Of a stretch of DNA of 55,399 nt, positions 46,833 through 55,399 are shown one piece after another; within the stretch, counting starts at the first letter, position 1; each line of letters begins with the position of its first letter. The position numbers and the translations under genes were made by a program. This stretch comes from Deltaproteobacteria bacterium (GTDB lineage Bacteria > CG2-30-53-67). Below the pieces are notes generated by a model, which saw nothing but the letters and a program-made list of their open reading frames with translations, did not search any database and was not told the origin of the DNA. Location: assembly GCA_013151235.1 (NCBI GenBank), contig JAADIO010000041.1, positions 1-55,399 of the forward strand, given 5' to 3'.

Positions 46833-47648
46833 TCAATAAAATGATCTTTGTGCCTCCCTGAGTCTTCCTTCCCGCAAAATCTCCTCTCTTTTGTGCTCGT
46901 CTTCTTTTCCTCCCCTGGACACCATGATTGGATAAAGACGGGCGTATTTCTCTGCCTCCAAGACATTCCGCCGGGCCAGGACCCCGCTCCTTAATCCCTT
47001 GAACCTTCGGGCCTGCTTCGCCCGGTAGATGCTCTCCTGCAGCAGCGTTCTTCGTCCGGAAGCAGACTCCCAAAGTGGACGATTCTTTCTTCTTTCAATC
47101 CTGCGGGCAACAGCAGACCGGCTGATTTTCTCATTGCGGGTCAGGATCGCGTCGATTTCTTCACGACTGAATTCCATATCCCGCCTGAACCTTTGATTGA
47201 ATCTCTGAGATGGACGAAGCTGCACAGAAGGGCCTGCATCGGGCTTTCCCCGGGGATAGACACGAATCGACTTCACGGGATGATTCCCGAGAAGATCAAC
47301 AGTTGAGGAAAAGACCATGGCATAACTCTCCCGTCCGATTAATTTTTTGAGCCCCGCTTCCATAGGGAGATCCCTGAAATGAACCGTCCGGGGAAGGTCA
47401 AGGAGTGACTTCTCAACAGAAATGGAGATCCCCGTTTGACGGGCAACCGATTCCATAATGGATTCCATCGTCTCCCCCGTCAGTGTTGCACTCATACAGC
47501 CGGCATGGATGGAAAGAGAAATTCCGGAATACTCAGGGTCCGATGGCCCTGCAGCCGAGAGGGAGGATAAAGAAAAACTCATTGTCATCCCGGCCAGAAA
47601 GGTCGAGAGAAACAGAGCCCTGACGAATAGACGTACAAACCGAGGCAT
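46833..47648 (-). CDS. Exported hypothetical protein with an STN/secretin-N0-like domain and a charged helical tail
   Basis: Signal-like N-terminus; MESIMESVARQTGISISVEKSLLDLPRTVHFRDLPMEAGLKKLI resembles an N0/STN fold. Ends 18 nt before the surface-protein ATG. Confidence 0.6.
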   Translation of the reverse strand: MPRFVRLFVRALFLSTFLAGMTMSFSLSSLSAAGPSDPEYSGISLSIHAGCMSATLTGETMESIMESVARQTGISISVEKSLLDLPRTVHFRDLPMEAGLKKLIGRESYAMVFSSTVDLLGNHPVKSIRVYPRGKPDAGPSVQLRPSQRFNQRFRRDMEFSREEIDAILTRNEKISRSAVARRIERRKNRPLWESASGRRTLLQESIYRAKQARRFKGLRSGVLARRNVLEAEKYARLYPIMVSRGGKEDEHKREEILREGRLREAQRSFY

Positions 47649-47799
47649 GATCCACTCCGGTTGAATAATCATGTATAGGGAAAGCGAGTATTGTGACCCC
47701 GCGCGGATCATAAAAGCCCGGGAGTCTTACACCTTATCGGAGAGAGAGAAGAAGACTTTAGCTTTTTTCAGCTTTACCGGGAGAAAAAGGGCAAGCGGG

Positions 47800-49545
47800 T
47801 CAAGCCCCCTGATGCACTTCAGGCCGAATATCGACAAGAACGGCCTGTACCGAACGCTTTCCATTAAAATCGTTGAAGCGCAGATGGCAGAGGAGATCCG
47901 AGGAGGGCGCAGCCGTGAGAGGGTCGGCATACTTCCCAAGGTTAAATCCGATGACATTCAAAAGACCCTTTCCGCAGGGAACCTGGAAACGAAGGTGTGC
48001 CTCACCAACAATGCATACCGACTGCGGTCTGACGCCGGAGAGTTGAAAAACCGGTTCCGGGTTCCCGATCCCGAAGGGCTTGAGCTTCTCCAGTTCCCCC
48101 AGGAGTTCCGGGGTGACCTGTTCCGGCACGAGGGAATCGTCAATGGAAATTGAAGGAACCAGGGTCTCCGCATCAAGGGTCTCTTCCGCATAATGGTTGA
48201 CCGCATCCCGGAATGCGGGAATCCTTTCCCAGGCCACGGTCAACCCCGCCGCCACTTCATGCCCCCCGAACCCCTGCAGGTACTCCCCTCCGGCTTCAAG
48301 GGCGCGGTAAAGAGAGAACCCGGAGATACTTCGCCCGGAACCTACGCCCATACCATTTTTCCGGGCAATGAGAATCGTCGGCCGATAAAATCGTTCCACC
48401 ATCCGGGAGGCAACAATCCCGATCACCCCCGGATGCCAGTCTTCGGAGGCCAGGACGATAACCTTGCCCTCACTCCCTTCCCGCTCCATCCTTTCCAGTG
48501 CCTCGGCAAAGATTTTCTTTTCAATCTCACGGCGGCGGAGGTTCTCTGTATTAAGCATCGCTGCAAGCTCCTCAACCTCCTCCGGATCGTCGGAAACCAG
48601 CATTCGAAGCGCAAGCATTGCATCCCCCAGTCGGCCTGCTGCATTGATTCTGGGCGCCAGGGCAAACCCGACCTGTCCCGGGGTAACCACAGAACCCCGG
48701 ATTCCCGCGGCATTCACCAGCGCCCGTATCCCCCGGTTCCTGCTCCGCCCGATCTCGGCCAGGCCATGCCGGACCAGGATCCGGTTTTCCCCAACGAGCG
48801 GAACCACATCCCCGATCGTTCCGAGTGCAACCAGGTCGAGGACCTCCCTCAAGTTGGGAAGGTCCCGGCGGCCGTCACTGTTTTTCTCCCGCAGGAGGGC
48901 CCGAACCGCGACCAACAGGGCGAAGGCCAGACCGACGCCGGAAAGCATCGCAAAATGTCCGGCACGGGCCGGCTCCATTTTCGGATTGACCAGATAAGGA
49001 GTCTCCGGCAGCACCTCCGGCGGTTCATGATGATCCGTCACAATCACATCGATCCCCGCCTTCCGGATCTGCGCAATCTCCTCCCTTGCAGAGATCCCGT
49101 TGTCTACGGTAATCAGGAGCTTTGCCCCGGTTTCCACAATCCGGGGAATCACCGCACGATGCAGACCATAACCATCCTTCAACCGGTTCGGAAGAAGGCA
49201 GGTCACATCGGCTCCGAGACGATTCAGAATTCGAACCAGCAGGGCGGTTGCCGTCACACCATCGACATCATAATCCCCGAAGATACAGATCCGGTCTTTC
49301 CTTTCGAGGGCAGCCACCATCCGTTCGGCGGCCGGAACAATTCCGGGGATCTCCAGAGGATTGGAAAGATCGGACAATCCGGCATTGAGATAGATCCGCC
49401 CTTCTTCCCGGCTGGTGATCTTCCGGTGCCGGAGTACGGCCGCAGTCAAAGAGGAGACCCCAAGGGCATCGGAGAGGTCCCGGACCTGTTCTTCATCGTG
49501 TTCGCGGAATTTCCAGTATTTCCCAAGAAGAGAGGTCCGCACCAC
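47800..49545 (-). CDS. recJ: Single-stranded-DNA exonuclease RecJ
   Basis: GDYDVDGVTA, ITVDNG, TDHH, PRINAAGRL, WHPGVIGIVASR, GSGRS, GGH..AAG, PFGIGNPEP. Start uncertain (GTG about 49545, ORF extends to 49650). Confidence 0.96.
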   Translation of the reverse strand: MVRTSLLGKYWKFREHDEEQVRDLSDALGVSSLTAAVLRHRKITSREEGRIYLNAGLSDLSNPLEIPGIVPAAERMVAALERKDRICIFGDYDVDGVTATALLVRILNRLGADVTCLLPNRLKDGYGLHRAVIPRIVETGAKLLITVDNGISAREEIAQIRKAGIDVIVTDHHEPPEVLPETPYLVNPKMEPARAGHFAMLSGVGLAFALLVAVRALLREKNSDGRRDLPNLREVLDLVALGTIGDVVPLVGENRILVRHGLAEIGRSRNRGIRALVNAAGIRGSVVTPGQVGFALAPRINAAGRLGDAMLALRMLVSDDPEEVEELAAMLNTENLRRREIEKKIFAEALERMEREGSEGKVIVLASEDWHPGVIGIVASRMVERFYRPTILIARKNGMGVGSGRSISGFSLYRALEAGGEYLQGFGGHEVAAGLTVAWERIPAFRDAVNHYAEETLDAETLVPSISIDDSLVPEQVTPELLGELEKLKPFGIGNPEPVFQLSGVRPQSVCIVGEAHLRFQVPCGKGLLNVIGFNLGKYADPLTAAPSSDLLCHLRFNDFNGKRSVQAVLVDIRPEVHQGA

Positions 49546-49787
49546 AATCACCCTTTTACGGAAGATAAAATCCCGGATATCCTGTCTGAACAAATAGGGA
49601 CAATATAGACAAGAACTTTGACATATCCGCCCATCTCTCTGGATCGCCATGATCGGGGTCGCAAAATCATCATAAATTAATGCTGTATTATCAACCAGTT
49701 AAAGCAGACACCCATCTTGAACAGTGTAGGCATATATTTTGCAGAACAGGGTCGTAATGTACGTAATCCAAACCTGAAAGGATATTT

Positions 49788-50069
49788 ATGAATACCTTCA
49801 CTTCCGAATCGGGAATACATCGTACGGCACCACAACAGGTCAAAGTCGACAAAGTTATTGATGCCCGCGGAATTTACTGTCCCGGCCCGTTGGTGGAACT
49901 GATTCGAGTAATGAGACTCTCTTCGCCGGGGACAATTTTCGAAGTCCTCTCCTCCGACAGGATCTCGACAAAAGATATCCCGGACTGGGTCAACAGATGC
50001 GGACATGAATATATCGGCATCCGGGAAAAGGCTGATTCCTGGAGTCTTTACATCAGGAAAAACAAGTAG
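49788..50069 (+). CDS. TusA/SirA-family sulfur carrier protein
   Basis: IDARGIYCPGPL (CPxP), EVLSSD..STKDIPDW. Confidence 0.88.
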   Translation: MNTFTSESGIHRTAPQQVKVDKVIDARGIYCPGPLVELIRVMRLSSPGTIFEVLSSDRISTKDIPDWVNRCGHEYIGIREKADSWSLYIRKNK

Positions 50070-50085
50070 GAATTCTCCTGCGGAA

Positions 50086-50586
50086 CTATCGCAGGGCAAA
50101 GAGAACCGTCCCGATCATCCCCAGGGCCGCCAGAAGTTTTACCATCGTGCCGGACACCCTTCCCAAAAATGCACCAACACCGGACCGGAAGGAATGCCTC
50201 AGGTCTCTCTGGGTCGTCCATTCATAGAAAAAGGCCCCGAAAAAAGCCCCGGCAAAAAGACCCGGGAGGGCGCCGATCCCGAAGAAAAGAGGAGCACACA
50301 GGACCGCACCGATGATCCCGCCCACAAGGGACGCAACCGCACCCTTCCGGGAAGCACCAAACCGCTTTGCCCCGGCCATTCCGAGCAGATATTCCAACCC
50401 TTCCGCCGCAACGGCAATCACCGCAAGAACGGCGAGGAGGGTCAGTCCAAGCTTCTCAAAACTGTCGGCGTACCCATAAAGAAAGGATGTAACCAGGATC
50501 AGCCACGTCCCGGGCAAACCGAAAAATATTGCGAAAAATCCAACCAGGAAGAAGAAGAGGAGGAGGATAAATCCGACTGTTTCCAT
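50086..50586 (-). CDS. DUF456-family membrane protein
   Basis: GLPGTWL, GAKRFGASRKG, GAFFGAFFYE; Gly-rich TM helices. Confidence 0.8.
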   Translation of the reverse strand: METVGFILLLFFFLVGFFAIFFGLPGTWLILVTSFLYGYADSFEKLGLTLLAVLAVIAVAAEGLEYLLGMAGAKRFGASRKGAVASLVGGIIGAVLCAPLFFGIGALPGLFAGAFFGAFFYEWTTQRDLRHSFRSGVGAFLGRVSGTMVKLLAALGMIGTVLFALR

Positions 50587-50637
50587 CGTACTCTTTCAGA
50601 AAGAAGCTTGCAGGCCAAAGACGGATCAAGCCTCCCG

Positions 50638-51537
50638 TCAGCCACGAGCCGGCTTGGCAAACTTCTGAAAGATGACCAGGATCGGGCTGGCAATAAAAAT
50701 GGAGGAGTAGGTCCCAACCACAATCCCCACCGTCAGCGCGAAGGCGAAGTCATGGATGACCTCCCCGCCCAGGAAAAGAAGAATGATGACCACAATCAGC
50801 GTCGTTAACGATGTCAGGATGGTCCGGCTCAAGGTCTCATTGATACTACGATTGATTGTCTCCTCATAGGACTCTTTTCGTTTCAGGGCAAAACGTTCCC
50901 GGATACGGTCAAAAACAACGATGGTATCATTGAGTGAATACCCGACAATGGTAAGAACGGCAGCAATAATCGGCAGGGTAAATTCCTTGTTCAGAAGAGA
51001 GAAAACCCCCACCGTGATCAGTACGTCGTGGACCAGGGCCACGATCGCCCCGACGGCAAAACGGAATTCAAACCGTAAGGTAATATAAATGAGGACACCG
51101 AGCATGGCATAAAGGAGGGCAAAGAAGGCCTTCTCCCGAAGATCATGCCCAACCTGGGGACCCACAACACCCACACGATCTACGATAAAAGAATCTTTTC
51201 CAAAGGTTTGGATCAGTCCTTTTTTTATCTTATCGGCGAGTTGATTCCCTTTTTTGGATTGCTCCACCCGAATCATCACTTCATCAGGACTTCCGTATTC
51301 CTGAATCACACTCTCCCCTACGACCTCCTTGAGACTCTCCCGAATTTTACCGATGTCGGCAGGTTCCTTGAACTTCAACTGCATCAGTGTCCCCCCGGCA
51401 AAGTCGATCCCGTAATTCAAGCCTTTATGGACCACGATGGATCCGATCCCAACCAGAATAATCAAAACGGAAACCCCGATGAAGAACACCTTCTTGCTCA
51501 GAAAATCAAAGTTCGTATTGGGCCTGATAATCTCCAT
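50638..51537 (-). CDS. secF: Protein translocase subunit SecF
   Basis: GIDFAGG, VGPQVG, LVHDV, GYSLNDTIVVFDRIRE, GTYSSIFIA. Confidence 0.97.
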   Translation of the reverse strand: MEIIRPNTNFDFLSKKVFFIGVSVLIILVGIGSIVVHKGLNYGIDFAGGTLMQLKFKEPADIGKIRESLKEVVGESVIQEYGSPDEVMIRVEQSKKGNQLADKIKKGLIQTFGKDSFIVDRVGVVGPQVGHDLREKAFFALLYAMLGVLIYITLRFEFRFAVGAIVALVHDVLITVGVFSLLNKEFTLPIIAAVLTIVGYSLNDTIVVFDRIRERFALKRKESYEETINRSINETLSRTILTSLTTLIVVIILLFLGGEVIHDFAFALTVGIVVGTYSSIFIASPILVIFQKFAKPARG

Positions 51538-51591
51538 ATTCCCTCTCCATGTATTTTCAACAATTGAGCAGTTTGATCCAACGAAAGCCGA

Positions 51592-53124
51592 TCAAATACT
51601 GAGGTGCTCCACTTCACGTTTCCCCAGATAGAAAGCAAAAATCACTCGTGTAATAAAGATCGCCGTAAACATACTGGCAATGATGCCGAGACAGAGGGTG
51701 ACGGCAAACCCCTTGACCGGCCCGGTCCCGAACTGAAAAAGGACAAAGGCTGCAATCAGGGTCGTCACATTGGCATCCAGAATCGTACTGAAGGCCTTGT
51801 CATAGCCTCCCTCAACCGAAGAAAGGACCGTCTTGCCCTGACGGAGTTCCTCCCGGATCCGCTCAAAAATAATCACATTCGCGTCCACGGCCATACCGAT
51901 GGTCAGGATAATCCCGGCAATTCCGGGGAGGGTCAGGGTCGCGTTCAACCCGGACAGGGCCGCCATCATAAACAAAAGGTTCAGAATCAGTGCGACATTA
52001 GCGACCAATCCCGCCACTTTATAATAGATCACCATGAACACGACCACAAGGATCCCGCCGATGATGATCGATTTCATCCCCTTCTTGATCGAGTCCTGCC
52101 CCAGGGAGGGACCGACGGTCCGTTCTTCCTCAATAGTGACCGGTGCGGGCAGGGCACCGGCGCGGAGGACAATCGCAAGGTCCTTCGCTTCCTGCAAGCT
52201 GAATCGTCCGGAGATCTGGGCCCGCCCACCGGCAATCCGCTCCCGAATCGTCGGAGCGGAATAGACCGTTCCGTCAAGGATGATGGCCATTCGTTTTTTT
52301 ACATACTTGGCGGTTAACTTGCCAAAAAGCTTGGCGCCTCGCCGGTTAAAAGTCAGGGAGACATAGGGTGCGTTAAAACGATCGTAACTGACGCGGGCAT
52401 CCGTGATGGTATCCCCGGTCATAAGGACCCGCTTCTTCAGAAGCAGCGGGGTCTTGTTGCCCGTCGAATTCCGCTCATAGAGAATCTCATCCTCCATCGG
52501 CATGTCACCCTGAAGCGCACGGTCAACATCGTGTTCCTCGTCAACGAGTTTGAACTCCAGCCGTGCCGTCTTGCCGATCAGCGCCTTGGCGCGTGCCGTA
52601 TCCTTAAGACCCGGCAACTGAATGAGAATCCGGTCCCGTCCCTCCCGCTGAATCGTCGGCTCGGAGACCCCGAATTCATCCACCCGATTCCGGATTGTCT
52701 CCAGGCTCTGATCAATCGCGGTGCGCTTGATCCGTTGAATTTCCTTCGGCTTCAGCGTGAGTGAGATATGGTTTTCGCCGTGCTCCTCCAGATTCAGGAT
52801 CCCGGCATAACTTTCTTCAACCACCTGTTTGATACTTGCAATCCCCTTACGGTCAAGCGTCTCGATATCAAGGACATTGCCTACCTTCTCAACGAGGACA
52901 TAATCGATTCCTTTGTCATCCAGGAGATCCTGAAACTCATCCACCATCCGATCAAGTTCGGAATCGACGGCCTTGTCCACCTGCACTCCCAAGATGAGAT
53001 GCATGCCCCCCTGCAGGTCGAGCCCAAGATTGATCTTATGCCCCTGAACCGGGTAAAGAAAATAAACGGCGGCCAGGATACTGAAAAGGATTACCCCGGC
53101 TCTCCATTGCAACGATTTGTCCAT
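51592..53124 (-). CDS. secD: Protein translocase subunit SecD
   Basis: LGLDLQGG, RNRVDEFGVSEP, VGPSLG, GMAVDANVIIFERIREE. ATG 53124 has an AAGGAG RBS. Confidence 0.97.
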   Translation of the reverse strand: MDKSLQWRAGVILFSILAAVYFLYPVQGHKINLGLDLQGGMHLILGVQVDKAVDSELDRMVDEFQDLLDDKGIDYVLVEKVGNVLDIETLDRKGIASIKQVVEESYAGILNLEEHGENHISLTLKPKEIQRIKRTAIDQSLETIRNRVDEFGVSEPTIQREGRDRILIQLPGLKDTARAKALIGKTARLEFKLVDEEHDVDRALQGDMPMEDEILYERNSTGNKTPLLLKKRVLMTGDTITDARVSYDRFNAPYVSLTFNRRGAKLFGKLTAKYVKKRMAIILDGTVYSAPTIRERIAGGRAQISGRFSLQEAKDLAIVLRAGALPAPVTIEEERTVGPSLGQDSIKKGMKSIIIGGILVVVFMVIYYKVAGLVANVALILNLLFMMAALSGLNATLTLPGIAGIILTIGMAVDANVIIFERIREELRQGKTVLSSVEGGYDKAFSTILDANVTTLIAAFVLFQFGTGPVKGFAVTLCLGIIASMFTAIFITRVIFAFYLGKREVEHLSI

Positions 53125-53339
53125 CCCCGAACTCCTTTCAACCGACCAAAAAGATGAATGCACCGGAAACACAGGAGGATCTTATTGACCCATTCCGTCA
53201 ATCTCCACATTAAATGTCGAATATAACATACGAAAAATCAAAATCAAAGCTAAAATTCAAATTCATCTTTCTTTTCAGAACCTTTACGGGCTGTCCCGCC
53301 AATCCACATCCGAAGAATTTGCCGAAAAGACGGCAGATC

Positions 53340-53666
53340 TCAGGAAGATGCTTTCTCCGAGACCGTCTTCCGGCTGATCGCCGAACGATCCACCTTGATC
53401 TTGACCCGGTCATCAAGCTGCAAGGTCACGATATCGGGGGTGATCGCTTTCAGCTCTCCGTGAACCCCGCCGCTCGTCACCACATGGTCTCCGACCTTCA
53501 AGGCCTCCAGCATCGCCTTGTGCTCCTTCGTTTTCTTCATCTGTGGGCGAATGAGCAGAAAATAGAAAATCAGGACCATCAAAAGGAGAGGAATCATCTG
53601 TTGAAACCCGGCGCCCGCCCGGGCAGCCGGCGCCGCCCCCTCTGCAAATGCAAGTGTAAAAAACAT
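53340..53666 (-). CDS. yajC: Preprotein translocase subunit YajC
   Basis: FYFLLIRPQ, LKVGDHVVTSGG; located between tgt and secD. Confidence 0.96.
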   Translation of the reverse strand: MFFTLAFAEGAAPAARAGAGFQQMIPLLLMVLIFYFLLIRPQMKKTKEHKAMLEALKVGDHVVTSGGVHGELKAITPDIVTLQLDDRVKIKVDRSAISRKTVSEKASS

Positions 53667-53738
53667 GTTCGCCTCCTGTAGGAAAAATGAAAATTAAAAA
53701 ACAGAAATCAAAAACAAATGATATAGAAACACCATGGT

Positions 53739-55163
<1,425 letters not shown>

Positions 55164-55219
55164 TTGGAAAAACCTCCACAGAAGTTGGTCTTACTTTTCA
55201 TTTTTCATCTTTCATTTTT

Positions 55220-55314
55220 GATGAAGTCGTAAAAAGTCGTTTTCCGGATACCGTTCATGGTTCGACAGGCTCACCACGAACGGAATATCAATGACTTACA
55301 CCGTTCGCCCTGAG
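55220..55314. mobile_element. Second, inverted and interrupted copy of MITE-A
   Basis: Near-identical to the reverse complement of 34110-34016. Similarity stops abruptly after CCCTGAG at 55314. Confidence 0.85.
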
Positions 55315-55399
55315 ACATAATGGCTGACAGTTGGCAAAAAAGTGCCTGCCCCTTGCCAACGTGGGTTATGCTGGAAATTATTAACCCCGGCACAGAGCC

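Overview
Roughly 57% GC bacterial window, probably a deltaproteobacterial (Desulfobacterota-like) assembly, with one 9-N gap. It is almost entirely a cell-surface locus in four parts. (1) 345-5053 (-): a UbiA/DprE1/DprE2-like polyprenyl-phospho-arabinose cassette ending in a TMTC-like GT-C/TPR transferase, followed by a deletion-eroded remnant of the neighbouring PHP gene. (2) 5265-28767 (mostly -): a Wzx/Wzy-dependent polysaccharide cluster with unusual fusions. WecA is fused to a degenerate GGDEF domain with an intact RxxD site. Wza is fused to a 7-bladed FG-GAP propeller and an OmpA-like domain. Wzc carries an extra C-terminal hydrophobic helix. The cluster also has GT4/GT9 enzymes, AsnB, a carbamoyltransferase, an acyltransferase and a nucleotidyltransferase. 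(3) 29107-41851 (+): a divergently transcribed type II secretion operon gspCDEFGHIJKL-parA-gspM. An orphan ParA precedes a GspM with a long N-terminal extension containing a ParB-like peptide. Convergent on it are a ~1620-aa surface protein with a Gly-Gly-Cys/TM/basic C-terminal sorting signal and a secretin-N0-like small protein. (4) 47800-54914: housekeeping recJ, tusA-like, DUF456, secF, secD, yajC and tgt. Several MITE/REP-like elements lie in intergenic spacers. All family calls come from motif recognition by eye; no database searches were run.
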